DNA of 64,000 nucleotides from an uncultured delta proteobacterium (GTDB lineage Bacteria > Myxococcota_A > UBA9160 > UBA4427). The notes under the pieces were generated by a model that saw only the letters and a program-made list of their open reading frames with translations, made no database searches and was not told where the DNA came from. Position 1 is the stretch's first letter; every line of letters starts with the position of its first letter. Location of the stretch: NCBI GenBank assembly GCA_963822965.1, contig CAWGJT010000005.1, positions 1,152,001 to 1,216,000 of the forward strand, written 5' to 3'. Shown here piece by piece: positions 20,413 through 31,509 of the stretch. The position numbers and the translations under genes are program-made.

Positions 20413-20865
20413 GTGGACGGGTGCATCGGAACGACTCGGTCGAAGGCGCGGTGGCGCTGCGCCGCGCTGCTGGCAGCTCTCCTGGCGACGGCAGGCTGCG
20501 CAGAGTCGGACACGCCGGCCGCGCAGCTCAGCGGGCTCGAGAGGCAGGGCCGCTCCCTGTTCCTCGATCACTGCGCGCTCTGCCACGGCGACGATGCCCG
20601 GGGCGACGGCGCACTCCCCGGCCTGATGACGCCCGCCGCCGACCTGACGCACATCGCGGTGCGGAACGGCGGCGAGTTCCCGTCCGCCGAGGTCGCCCGC
20701 TTCATCGACGGTCGGATCCCGATCCAGGCACACCGCTCGCCCGAGATGCCCGTCTGGGGCCGCGTCATCAGCTCCGAGATCCGCGATCCGGACGTCCGGG
20801 AAGAGGTCACCCAAGGCAAGATCTCGGCGCTGGTCTTCTACCTCCGCTCGATCCAGGTCGAGTAG
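20413..20865 (+). CDS. Monoheme cytochrome c
   Basis: CALCH heme motif, distal EMPVWG methionine, lipoprotein-like signal (ATAGC). Confidence 0.85.
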   Translation: MDGCIGTTRSKARWRCAALLAALLATAGCAESDTPAAQLSGLERQGRSLFLDHCALCHGDDARGDGALPGLMTPAADLTHIAVRNGGEFPSAEVARFIDGRIPIQAHRSPEMPVWGRVISSEIRDPDVREEVTQGKISALVFYLRSIQVE

Positions 20866-20924
20866 ACAACCGGACGGAACGACGGGCGGCGGCCCGTACG
20901 GGCCGGGGCGAATCGACCGACCGC

Positions 20925-22103
20925 TCAGTCCGTGGCGACGAGCCCGTGGCCGTTGTCGCGCATGATCTGGCGGATCTCCGTCTCGGAGAATCCGTCGAGG
21001 TCGTCGATGAAGGCGGTCGGCTCGGCCAGGCCCTCGGCGTGCGGGAAGTCCGAGCCGAAGAGGACCTGAGAGGTGCCGACCAGGTCGCGCAGCGCCGCGA
21101 TGTCGTCTTCGTAGTACGGCGCGATGAAGACGTGGCGGCGCAGCTGCTCGACGGGATCCTGCTCGAAGTGGCCGGGCATCTGGCCGTACGCCTTCTCCAG
21201 CTTGCGGACGAGGCCCTCGGCCCAGTCGCTCCCGCACTCGATCGACGCGACGCGGACGCCGGGGTGTCGGACGAAGACACCGCCGCAGACGAGCGACGCG
21301 AAGGTGTCGTGGATCGGCGCCGGGGAAAGGCAGGTGTAGACCGGGTCGAAGTCGAAGGCGCGAAACTCCCGATCGCCACCCCAGAGCTCGCTGAAGCCGC
21401 GATAGCCGGCGTCGCCCGAGTGGAAGGCGACCGGGATGCCGGCTTCGGAGACCCGGGCCCAGAATCCGTCGAAGCGCTGGCTCGCGGGGCTGATGGCCGT
21501 GTCCGGCCCGGTCGGGACCGGCCCCGGGACCATGCTGACGAGCCGGGCCCCCGCGGCGATCAGCCGCTCGATCTCCGCCTCGGCCCAGGCGACATCCATC
21601 AGAGAGATGTACGGCGCGGCGAAGAGGCGCTCTTGATAGGCGAAGCCCCAGTCCTCTTCGAGCCAGCGGTTGAAGGCGCCGAAGGCGACGCAGGCCGCCT
21701 CGGGGTCGTGTCGCAGGCTCTCCTGCATGCCGACGCCGAGGGTGGGGAAGAGCAGCGCCCCCTCGATGCCCTGGGTGTCGAGCAGCTTGATGCGCGTGTC
21801 CCGGTCTCGATAGGCCGGGTTGATCGGCTCGAGGGAGCCGAAGAGCTCGGCGACGGACTTGCCTTCGGGATTGCGGCCGCGGAAGTACTCGTCGAGGCAG
21901 CCCGGCCGGGCCACGGGATCGAAGGTCGGATTCGGGATGAAGCGGTTCATCTTGCCGCCGACCAGCAGGCGCTTGCGGCCGTTCACCTCGGCCCACTGCA
22001 TGCAGCGGGATTGCATGCGGCGATCGACGTGGCGGGTGAAGGCGTCCTCGGCCTCGTAGTAGTGGTTGTCGCAGTCGAAGGCGCGAAAGCCGAGCTCGGT
22101 CAT
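20925..22103 (-). CDS. Amidohydrolase_2 family protein
   Basis: FDCDNHYYE, AFNRWLEEDW and VLFGSDFPHAEG motifs. Confidence 0.9.
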   Translation of the reverse strand: MTELGFRAFDCDNHYYEAEDAFTRHVDRRMQSRCMQWAEVNGRKRLLVGGKMNRFIPNPTFDPVARPGCLDEYFRGRNPEGKSVAELFGSLEPINPAYRDRDTRIKLLDTQGIEGALLFPTLGVGMQESLRHDPEAACVAFGAFNRWLEEDWGFAYQERLFAAPYISLMDVAWAEAEIERLIAAGARLVSMVPGPVPTGPDTAISPASQRFDGFWARVSEAGIPVAFHSGDAGYRGFSELWGGDREFRAFDFDPVYTCLSPAPIHDTFASLVCGGVFVRHPGVRVASIECGSDWAEGLVRKLEKAYGQMPGHFEQDPVEQLRRHVFIAPYYEDDIAALRDLVGTSQVLFGSDFPHAEGLAEPTAFIDDLDGFSETEIRQIMRDNGHGLVATD

Positions 22104-22208
22104 GGAGATCTCTCCGGCGAGTGCTTGGTAAAGGGCGGGTGGGCCGGCAGCCGCCTCGTCCGGGCCGGCTCCGACGTCTCCGCGACTGAGCTCGATCCTA
22201 AATGATCG

Positions 22209-22223
22209 TTGAAGAATATTCAA
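22209..22223. promoter_or_regulatory. Candidate TetR operator in the AT-rich divergent promoter
   Basis: ttgaa-gaata-ttcaa inverted repeat between the amidohydrolase and TetR genes. Confidence 0.45.
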
Positions 22224-22253
22224 TGAACATATAGACTCGAATCCTCAATTTCC

Positions 22254-22916
22254 TTGGCGAGGCGAGCTCTGTCGGCTCCGCAACATCAATCTCCGCCGTC
22301 CGCCCCCGGCGGCGGGCCGAGCCGCCGCCGCGAGGCGAGCGAGCGTCGCCGCCGAGCGATCCTGGACGCGGCCCGGCTCTGCTTCGGTCGGGACGGCTAC
22401 GCGGGCGCGACCGTGGCCCGCATCGCGGAGGAGGCCGGCGTCTCGAACGGCCTCCTCTATCAATTCTTCCGAAACAAGGACGAGCTGCTCGAGGTGGTGC
22501 TGAAGGAGGTGGTGCGGGACTGGGTGCGCGCGCTCGTTCCGCGCGAGCACGAACGCGATCAGCCGGCGCTCGCCCTCGAGCAGATGTTCCGCCGCTCGGT
22601 CGAGTTCTGTGCGACCAATCCCCTGCTTCCCGCGCTCCTCTCCTCCGACCCTTCGCTCCGGCGCGAGCGCATCAGCATGGCCAGCGAAGGCCGCTTGAAG
22701 GCCCACCGCGAGCTCATCGGGTCGATCCTCCAGCAGGGCATCGAGATCGGAGAGTTCAGGCAGGATCTCGACGTGAGCTCGGTCGCCGATCTCGTCAGCC
22801 AGCTGACCTCGGACTACTCCACGCGCGCCTACGTCGCGGATCCCGACTTCCCAGCGACGCCGCAGATCGTCGACGCTGCCGCCCGCTTCATCCTCGACGC
22901 GGTACGCGCGCCCTAG
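22254..22916 (+). CDS. TetR/AcrR family transcriptional regulator
   Basis: ILDAARLCFGRDGYAGATVARIAEEAGVSNGLLYQFFRNKDEL HTH. Confidence 0.92.
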   Translation: MARRALSAPQHQSPPSAPGGGPSRRREASERRRRAILDAARLCFGRDGYAGATVARIAEEAGVSNGLLYQFFRNKDELLEVVLKEVVRDWVRALVPREHERDQPALALEQMFRRSVEFCATNPLLPALLSSDPSLRRERISMASEGRLKAHRELIGSILQQGIEIGEFRQDLDVSSVADLVSQLTSDYSTRAYVADPDFPATPQIVDAAARFILDAVRAP

Positions 22917-22967
22917 GACTCGACACCCCGGGTCGCGACCGCGCATTCATCCAGGAGAACGCTCCCC

Positions 22968-23843
22968 ATGCCCATGCCCACCGACGTCCCGATCATCGAC
23001 CTCATGCTCGGCATCCCCAGCGAGGAGGCGAAGCGCAGCTACGACTTCATGCGTCCGCTCTTCCGCGACGCCGAGAGCCTGAAGAGCTTCGACTTTCCGG
23101 TCGAGTACATGTTCAAGGACGTGCCGAAGTTCTCGAGCCTCGGCGACCGCATCAAGTACACGCTCCAGGAGATGGACAAGTACCGGATCGAGCGCGCGCT
23201 GATCGGCGTCTCCCTCAGGGACGAGGTGTCCCAGCAAGCGCTCCGCGAACACCCCGACCGCTTCATCGCCTCGTGCGGCACCGACCCCAACGGCGGCATG
23301 GAAGATCTGCGCAACATCGTGCGGCTCCACGAGGAGTTCGACATTCGCGCCGTCAGCGCCTTCCCCGCCGGCTGCGTGCCCCAGGTTCCGATCGACGACA
23401 AGCGCTTCTATCCCGTCTATGCGAAGTGCGTCGAGCTCGACGTGCCGATCTTCTGCTGTGTCGGGGTTCCCGGCCCGCGCATTCCGATGGCCTGCCAGCA
23501 CGTCGAGCGGATCGACGAGGTGATGTGGTTCTTCCCCGAGCTCAAGTTCGTGATGCGCCACGGGGCCGAGCCCTGGGAGGAGCTGGCCGTCAAGCTGATG
23601 CTGAAGTGGCCCAACCTCTACTACTCGACCAGCGCCTTCGCGCCCCGCTACTACCCGAAGGCGATCGTCGACTACGCCAACACCCGCGGCGCGAACAAGA
23701 TCCTCTACGCGGGCTACTTCCCGATGGGCCTCTCGCTCGAGAGAATCATGGGCGACATGCCGGACGTCCCCTTCCGCGACCACGTCTGGCCCCGCTTCCT
23801 GCGCGAGAACGCGATCGAGCTCCTCAGGCTGAACGAGGCATAG
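22968..23843 (+). CDS. Amidohydrolase_2 family protein
   Basis: FYPVYAKCVELDVPI, FPELKFVMRHG and WPNLYYSTSAF motifs; AGGAG RBS. Confidence 0.88.
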   Translation: MPMPTDVPIIDLMLGIPSEEAKRSYDFMRPLFRDAESLKSFDFPVEYMFKDVPKFSSLGDRIKYTLQEMDKYRIERALIGVSLRDEVSQQALREHPDRFIASCGTDPNGGMEDLRNIVRLHEEFDIRAVSAFPAGCVPQVPIDDKRFYPVYAKCVELDVPIFCCVGVPGPRIPMACQHVERIDEVMWFFPELKFVMRHGAEPWEELAVKLMLKWPNLYYSTSAFAPRYYPKAIVDYANTRGANKILYAGYFPMGLSLERIMGDMPDVPFRDHVWPRFLRENAIELLRLNEA

Positions 23844-24272
23844 GAGCGCACGCGAAGACGCCTGTCGGGTCCCGTGGCGCTCTTGGCCCGATGGGCTTCC
23901 ACGACGCGCGCGACGTGAGCAGCACGCGCCCAGCGAACCTCCTACGCCCACCAGACCGAAGCCGGAGACAACTGACGGCGGGACGGTGGCACGCGGAGCG
24001 TCCCTACGCCGCCCGCAGGGCGGATCTGAAGCGACCCGCTCTGACGCAAGCCGCCGCAGCACCCCGAAATGTCCTGCGATCGTCGCTGGCGGGTATATGA
24101 TGCGAGTGAGAGGGGCTCCGACCGAAGCCGCTCACCCCCAGGCACCCTCCTCCTCCCGACGCTCCGCCGCGCCCAGACACCTCGCCCTTCTCTGGATTGG
24201 TCGACGACGTCCTCGGGATTGGCCGACGGTGTCCGTCGGCCCGAGAGCCCCGATGCGGGGCAGGAGCACACC

Positions 24273-24968
24273 ATGGCCTTGATCTCCGTTCTCAGCGAGA
24301 CCGTCCAACAAGGCGCGATTCCGCGCTACGAGCGGCTGGTCCGCTTCGTGGCCGAGAGGGCCCGACAAGACGGCAACACCGTCCCCTGGGGCGCTCGGGT
24401 CACCACCGGCGCCAGCGGTCGTGCGATCGGGTTCATCACCCGCGCCGAGAGCTTCGCCGAGCTGGCGGCCCGTGAGGAGCCGGACGCCATGATCCGACGC
24501 CTCTTCGGCGAAGCCGACGGAACCGCGATTCTCGAATCCCTGGGCGAAGGCGTCATCAGCAGCACCTCCACGGTGGCGACGATCCGAGACGACCTGTCGG
24601 GCCAGCCGGCGCCCCAGCCGGGCGAGGTGGCACCGCTCATCCTGCTGACGCGAATCCGCACCACCAACGACGGCGGTCCCGGCGTCGAGCAGCTGATCCG
24701 CAAGGTGTCGGAGGCCGCGACCAAGGTGGGGGACGAGCGCCAGATCCTGGTGCTCCAGACCACCATCGGCGATCTTCGCAGCTATGCGGTGGCGCAGGCC
24801 ATCCCGAATCCCGCCGTCCTCGACGAGCAGGCGACGGTGCCCGAGCTTCTCCTGAAGGCCTTCGGGCAGACGCAGGGCGAGAGCATCTTCCGGGAGGGCA
24901 CGGCGTGCATCGCGCACGTGGAGACCGAGCTGTCGACCGCGCGGCCGGATCTCTCGAACGAAGGCTGA
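24273..24968 (+). CDS. Hypothetical protein, probably two tandem alpha/beta-barrel-like repeats
   Basis: AGGAG RBS; two halves ending similarly (ATIRDDLS and TARPDLS). Confidence 0.6.
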   Translation: MALISVLSETVQQGAIPRYERLVRFVAERARQDGNTVPWGARVTTGASGRAIGFITRAESFAELAAREEPDAMIRRLFGEADGTAILESLGEGVISSTSTVATIRDDLSGQPAPQPGEVAPLILLTRIRTTNDGGPGVEQLIRKVSEAATKVGDERQILVLQTTIGDLRSYAVAQAIPNPAVLDEQATVPELLLKAFGQTQGESIFREGTACIAHVETELSTARPDLSNEG

Positions 24969-25077
24969 ACGAGCCGCGCAACGAGCGAAACGGGCGGAAC
25001 GAGTAAGGGCGGCGACGGATGAGCTCCGCCGCCGCCCCGAGGCGCGCGGACGAGGCCCGACGAGGAGAGCGAGCACC

Positions 25078-26277
25078 GTGAAGATCGCGACCGCCTACAT
25101 GCCCCACGAAGTCTTCTTCCCGGACGCCGTTCGGGACGGGCCCGCGCCGCGCGTGCTGGTCGCGCCGCAGCGGTACGTCCAGGGATCGGGCGTGCTCGGT
25201 GGCGTCGGGCGCTATCTGTCGCTGCTCGATGCGAAGCGCGTGGCGGTGCTCGTCACCGAGCGCGGGCAGCGCAGCGAGGGACCGGGCCTGTTCGCCGGTC
25301 TCCGGGAGCACGGCGTCGACTGGACGGCCAGCACCTTTCACGGCGAGTGCTCGCTCGAGGAGATCGAGGCGCAGGCCCACGCCCTGCAGAGTGCCGGCGC
25401 CGACGCGCTCCTGGCCGTGGGCGGTGGCAAGTGCATCGATACGGGCAAGGCGGTCGCGTTCCGCCTGGGCATCCCCGTCGTCGTGATTCCGTCGCTCGCA
25501 TCGAACGACGCGCCGTGCTCGGCAGTGTCGGTCCTGTACTCGCCAGAAGGCGTCTCCACGGGCGTCGAGTTCTATCCCAACAGCCCCGCCCTGGTGGTCG
25601 TCGACACGGACGTCGTGGCCGCCGCGCCCGAGCGATTCCTGGTCTCCGGAATGGGCGACGCCATGGCAACCTGGTTCGAGGCGCGTGTATGTCTCGAGAA
25701 CCCAGACGGCGTCACGACCCTGGGCGCGAGGCCCACCCTCGCCTCGGCGGCCATCGGCGAGGCATGTGCCCAGACCCTCTTCGCCGACGGGGTGGCGGCG
25801 GCCGCGGCCGTCGCCCGGTCCGAGGTGGACGATTCGCTCGAGAAGGTGGTGGAGGCCAACACCCTGCTGAGCGGGGTCGGGTTCGAGAGCGGGGGCCTGG
25901 CGGCCGCCCACGGCATCGCCCAGAGCTGCACGGCCATCCCCCGGGTGCACGCCGACTACCTCCACGGCGAAATGGTGGCCATCGGCACGCTCGGCCAGCT
26001 CGTGATGGAAGGAAGGGACGATGAGGCGCGAAAGGTTGCGGAGCTCTTCGCCGCGGTCGGCCTGCCCGTGCACCTGGGCCAGCTGTCTCTCGGCCGCGAG
26101 GACGGCGCGGCGCTGGCGACGATCGTGGAAGGTACCCTGGGCTTCCCGTTCATCGACAACATGCCCGGGCGGGTCGACGCAGACGCGGTCCGGCAGGGCG
26201 TGCTCGCCGCCGACGCCCTGGGGCGCGAGGTGAGCGCCACCCGCGGCGATGCGGCGTATCGCAAGCTGCACGGCTAG
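25078..26277 (+). CDS. gldA: Glycerol dehydrogenase (iron-ADH superfamily)
   Basis: PQRYVQG, GGGKCIDTGK, ASNDAPCSAVSVLY, NTLLSGVGFESGGLAAAHG and LHGEMVA motifs. Confidence 0.88.
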   Translation: MKIATAYMPHEVFFPDAVRDGPAPRVLVAPQRYVQGSGVLGGVGRYLSLLDAKRVAVLVTERGQRSEGPGLFAGLREHGVDWTASTFHGECSLEEIEAQAHALQSAGADALLAVGGGKCIDTGKAVAFRLGIPVVVIPSLASNDAPCSAVSVLYSPEGVSTGVEFYPNSPALVVVDTDVVAAAPERFLVSGMGDAMATWFEARVCLENPDGVTTLGARPTLASAAIGEACAQTLFADGVAAAAAVARSEVDDSLEKVVEANTLLSGVGFESGGLAAAHGIAQSCTAIPRVHADYLHGEMVAIGTLGQLVMEGRDDEARKVAELFAAVGLPVHLGQLSLGREDGAALATIVEGTLGFPFIDNMPGRVDADAVRQGVLAADALGREVSATRGDAAYRKLHG

Positions 26278-26333
26278 TGCCCGTCCCACGAACAGACCCA
26301 GATCGATCGGCGAAGCCTCTGTCTCTGGCAGGC

Positions 26334-26365
26334 GTGATCGCATCATCTGATCACCCGGTGATCAG
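26334..26365. promoter_or_regulatory. Overlapping TGATC...GATCA palindromes, possible enhancer-binding-protein site
   Basis: gtgatc-N9-gatcac (26334-26354) and the perfect ctgatcacc-c-ggtgatcag (26347-26365), about 120 bp downstream of the sigma-54 activator remnant. Confidence 0.4.
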
Positions 26366-26481
26366 GAAGGCGAGAGCGTCTCCATGTACGTCCGACCGCG
26401 AAGTCGCGGAAGGACGCTTCGCTTGAGCCGACTCCAGCCCGCCGGATCCGGACCCGAGTGCGCCTGGCGCAACGCGTCTGC

Positions 26482-27530
<1,049 letters not shown>

Positions 27531-27534
27531 CGGA

Positions 27535-27738
27535 CTCTGCCGAGCGGTAGGCGTGAGCGACCGGACCCTGGAGTATGCGCTCCGCGGGATCTACGACGTC
27601 ACACCTCAGCGTTACATGCACGTGCATCGACTTCGGGCGGCACGGCAAGCGCTGCGACGGGCCGATCCCGAGCGGGGCGCGGTCAAGCGCGCCCCCTGCG
27701 ACGCGAGCTTCCGAGAGCTCGGACGGTTTTCCGTCTAG
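27535..27738 (+). pseudogene. AraC/EutR-like C-terminal HTH remnant
   Basis: LCRAVGVSDRTLEYALRGIYDVTPQRYMHVHRLRAARQAL...FRELGRFSV, then a premature stop before YR. Confidence 0.75.
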
Positions 27739-27873
27739 TACCGACCCCTTGGCCGAACGCAAGGCCGCCCAGACCATCGGCGCAAGGGTTCCCGTGAGAG
27801 GCCAGAGCCATGCGGGCGCTATCGATTCGCTTGGTCCTCCGACCGGGATACTCCGGTGGGAAGCGACGCCGGG

Positions 27874-29958
27874 TCAGTAGAAGCGGACGAGCGTCACCGC
27901 GAGCCAGGTCGACAGCAGGACCGGCCAGAACGCCAGCTTCAGGATCAGGTGGTCGCGGTAGGCGAAGAGCCTGCCGCCGGCTCCCATCAGCGACATGGCC
28001 AGGGCGACGGTCTGGAGGGTGATGAGCACGTACATCGAGAAGTAGAACAGCTCGATGTACGCGATCTCCGGTGTCTGGATGCGGTTCCGCTCGTTGACGT
28101 GAGCCAGCAGCAGGATGAAGAGGAAGCCCGCCGAGCTCTGGATCACGTTCATGGTGGTGAGGCCGGAGCGGTCGTCGTCCTTGCTGGACGAGACGCACAG
28201 CACGATGAACGTGATGAGGGCGACGATCAGGATGGGAATGATGTTGGCGATGAAGGGGCTGAGCCAGACCCGCTTCGCGGCCATGTTGAAGACCAGGGCG
28301 GGCTGGCTGTCGACCGGAGCGTCGTTGCCGAAGCTGGTCTTGAAGTCGATCGTCTTGAAGGTGAAGAAGGTGGAGATCGTCTGGGACGAGGGCACGGTGA
28401 TGCCGGCGTTCAATCCCGGCTTGGCGGACGGGTTCAGGATCTCGTAGCTCTGCAGGTCCGGCACCAGCACGACGTGCCGCCCGGGGTCGGGATAGAGGAT
28501 CGCGAGCTCGATGTCGTTCTGCTCGAACGGGAACTGCTCGTAGCTGAAGTCCTGCTCGATCGTCGCGCGGAACTTCCATGTCACGACCACGTAGTCGTCG
28601 TGCTCGACCTGCGAGATCATGTCGCTGACCAAGCCCCTCGATTCGATCGCGGACACGTCAGGCAGGTAGAACGCGGGCGGCGCGACCTCGTAGAGCGCCT
28701 TCGGGTATCGCATCCAGAGCCTTCCGATCAGGCTCGCCTCGAACGGACCCAGCTCGTAGGACTCGATGAAGACGCCGGTGGGGACCGGATGGTAGGCCGC
28801 CTGGGCGACCTTGTAGAGGGCCCGGTCGTAGCGGTCGAGGTACTTCGCCAGGATCGTGCCGTTGACGACCCTCTCCTCGTCGCTCTCCATCAGCGAGAAG
28901 TCGGTGCTCAGGTTCAGGTACCAGATGACGACGATGTTGCCGACGATGACCAGGGACGCCGCGGCGACCATCCACCACAGTCGCCGCGATTCGAGCCGCA
29001 TCGTCGTGGACAGGAAGATCAGGGCAGCGATCAGCAGCCCGCCGATGCCGAGGGCGACGTGGATCTCCTTCCTCCGCCCCTGGTCGGACGCCCCTAGCAG
29101 ATCGTCCTCGGCGAACACCAGCACGCTCTTCCAGCCCGTCGACTCGAGCCGCCGAAAGAAGAACCACGAGAACTTGTACGTATAGGTGCTGTTGTACGCG
29201 ACGACGCCCTCCGAGTCGTTGCGCATTTTCTCCAGGATCGCCTCGTCCTTGCCGTCCCGTAGCTGGAAGACGTTCTCCATCAGATAGGCTGGATCGGGAT
29301 GCGAGAGGATGGCGCCGCTCTGGTCGTAGGTGAATCCATAGCCCGATTCGCCGACGCTCAGCGAGTCGACGATGCGGGTGAAGTCGCTCAGGGTGATGGC
29401 GTAGTCGACGATTCCCGTGAGCTCGCCCTGCGCATCGCGCAACGGCACGCCGAAGTCGACGACCATCGCCTGGGCGGCCTCCGCGTAGTACGGGGCGGAC
29501 CACCGGGCCTCCTCCGAGTCGGCGACGCGTGTGTACCAGCGGGCGGTCTCGAGCTGCCGATCGGTGTAGTCGTAGCTGTCCTCGACGAGCTGGAACTCGT
29601 TGCGGCTCTTGTTGAAGAAGGGCGCATAGCGGTCGCGGCCCGCGAAGCGTCCGGGCTCGAACGCCACGGTCACCCCGAGCACCAGGGGAAGCTCGAGGCT
29701 CGCTCGCCGGATGCTGGCGAGCAGCGCCCGCTCGTCCTGGATGCCCGCAACCTGGCGCGCGAAGCTCTCGGCATGCTGCGAGACCGCGTTCAGCTCGGCG
29801 TCCAGCGCGACCGCGACGCGAACTCCCGCCCGCTCGCCGAGATCGATGCTCCTCTTGTCCCGTTCGCGCTGATAGCTCGTGTAGTCGAGGACGAGATAGA
29901 CGGTCAGGATCAGCGTGCCGGCCAGGAACAGGCCGGACACGAGCCGGGCGCGTTGCAA
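27874..29958 (-). CDS. dCache-domain-fused prokaryotic pentameric ligand-gated ion channel
   Basis: TM, dCache (RWY...WSAPYY...GYGFTYDQSGAILSHPD), two TMs, beta-rich ECD with Pro-loop YEQFPFE, pre-M1 Arg, and four C-terminal TMs with an M1 proline (NIIPILIV). Confidence 0.78.
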   Translation of the reverse strand: MQRARLVSGLFLAGTLILTVYLVLDYTSYQRERDKRSIDLGERAGVRVAVALDAELNAVSQHAESFARQVAGIQDERALLASIRRASLELPLVLGVTVAFEPGRFAGRDRYAPFFNKSRNEFQLVEDSYDYTDRQLETARWYTRVADSEEARWSAPYYAEAAQAMVVDFGVPLRDAQGELTGIVDYAITLSDFTRIVDSLSVGESGYGFTYDQSGAILSHPDPAYLMENVFQLRDGKDEAILEKMRNDSEGVVAYNSTYTYKFSWFFFRRLESTGWKSVLVFAEDDLLGASDQGRRKEIHVALGIGGLLIAALIFLSTTMRLESRRLWWMVAAASLVIVGNIVVIWYLNLSTDFSLMESDEERVVNGTILAKYLDRYDRALYKVAQAAYHPVPTGVFIESYELGPFEASLIGRLWMRYPKALYEVAPPAFYLPDVSAIESRGLVSDMISQVEHDDYVVVTWKFRATIEQDFSYEQFPFEQNDIELAILYPDPGRHVVLVPDLQSYEILNPSAKPGLNAGITVPSSQTISTFFTFKTIDFKTSFGNDAPVDSQPALVFNMAAKRVWLSPFIANIIPILIVALITFIVLCVSSSKDDDRSGLTTMNVIQSSAGFLFILLLAHVNERNRIQTPEIAYIELFYFSMYVLITLQTVALAMSLMGAGGRLFAYRDHLILKLAFWPVLLSTWLAVTLVRFY

Positions 29959-30264
29959 GAAGTCCGCCTCCCCGATGGTCTTACGGGCAGCCGATGATTC
30001 TACCCCGGGTGAGTCGGGTTGGCGGACCCCGAGGCCCGCGCCGCGTGGACTGCGTCGACATACTACCGAGACGCCGCCGGTGGCGGGGCGCGCGTCTCCG
30101 GTTCGGTAGCCTATGTGACCAGACCGGCGGACCCGGAAGGCTACTCGCGCATGTCAGTGCCTGGGATCGCGGCGGCAGTGCCTGTCGAGCGGATGTCGCT
30201 GCAGCACAAGGCGGTCGAGCCGCAGCGCACTTCGAGGGTTTCCTGACGAAAGAAGGAAGACGAT

Positions 30265-31479
30265 GTGACCTACGAAACCCTGGCGCTGCTCGCGGGATTC
30301 GTCTTGATCTACAGCATCGTCGCCGGAGGCGTCGAACGTACCTGGATCAGCGGGCCCATCGTCTTCACTCTGTTCGGCCTGCTGGTTGGCCCGGTCGGCC
30401 TGGACCTCCTCTCGTTCGAGACGAACAAGGAAATGCTCAAGACATTCGCGGAGTTGACCCTGGCTCTGGTCTTGTTCACAGACGCCGCCAACGCCGATCT
30501 TCGGGTCTTGAGAAGGGCAGCCGGACTGCCCGTTCGGCTCCTGCTGATCGGCCTGCCGCTCACCATCGTGCTCGGCTATTTCGCGGGGCTGCTGCTCGAC
30601 CTCCACCTGACCGCACTGGAGCTCGCGCTGGTGGCGACCATGCTGGCGCCGACAGACGCCGCGCTCGGGGAGGCCGTCGTGACCAACGAAGTCGTCCCCA
30701 GCGATGTGCGCCAGGGTCTCAACGTGGAGAGCGGACTCAACGATGGCATCTGTGTGCCCATCCTGTTCGTGTTCCTCGCGCTCGCTCAGGGCACGGGCGT
30801 CGAACAGAGCACCTGGTCTCTCGCCCTGGGCCTGGTCGCCGAGGAGATCGGCATCGGCCTGGCGGTCGGTCTGGTTCTGGCGGGCGTCGTGGCGCAAGTG
30901 CTCAAGCTCGCTGCCAAGCATGAGTGGCTCTCACACACCTGGGTTCAGATTCCGATCGTCGCCCTGGCGCTGACCTGCTTCGGCACGGCACAGCTCCTCG
31001 GCGGCAGCGGCTTCATCGCGGCCTTCACGGGAGGTCTGCTCTTCGGTGCGCTGGAAAAGGAGCCCCGCGAGAAGCTGCTGCTGGCGGCCGAAGGCACAGG
31101 GGACACCTTCGCGCTGATCACCTGGATCATCTTCGGCGCGGCCGTGGTGGGCAAGGCCGCGGGCAGCTTCGAATGGCGGATCGTGCTCTACGCGGGATTG
31201 AGCCTGACCGTGATTCGCATGCTGCCCGTGTTCCTGTCGCTGGTCGGTTCGGGAATCACCACCGAGGGCAAGCTCTTCGTCGGCTGGTTCGGCCCGAGGG
31301 GGCTGGCCAGCATCGTGTTCGGCATCATCGTCCTGGAGGCGGGCCTGCCCAACAGCGGGACCATGGCCCTGGCCGTCGCCTGCACCATCATCCTGAGCAT
31401 TCTCGCGCACGGCGTCACCGCAAACCCCTGGGCCGAGGCCTATGGTGAGCGCAGCCGCCGAGCGGGAGGGAGCAGCTGA
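30265..31479 (+). CDS. Cation:proton antiporter (CPA1/NhaP-like)
   Basis: LVLFTDA, LAPTDAALG, LNVESGLNDG and GWFGPRGLASIVF motifs. Confidence 0.92.
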   Translation: MTYETLALLAGFVLIYSIVAGGVERTWISGPIVFTLFGLLVGPVGLDLLSFETNKEMLKTFAELTLALVLFTDAANADLRVLRRAAGLPVRLLLIGLPLTIVLGYFAGLLLDLHLTALELALVATMLAPTDAALGEAVVTNEVVPSDVRQGLNVESGLNDGICVPILFVFLALAQGTGVEQSTWSLALGLVAEEIGIGLAVGLVLAGVVAQVLKLAAKHEWLSHTWVQIPIVALALTCFGTAQLLGGSGFIAAFTGGLLFGALEKEPREKLLLAAEGTGDTFALITWIIFGAAVVGKAAGSFEWRIVLYAGLSLTVIRMLPVFLSLVGSGITTEGKLFVGWFGPRGLASIVFGIIVLEAGLPNSGTMALAVACTIILSILAHGVTANPWAEAYGERSRRAGGSS

Positions 31480-31509
31480 TGCATCGGGTGCTGCCGGAGG
31501 TCGGCCGCG

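Noticed and set aside
30019..30246. 75-aa ORF and hairpin between the channel and antiporter genes
   Set aside because: No RBS or motif, and I could not match the structure to a known riboswitch.
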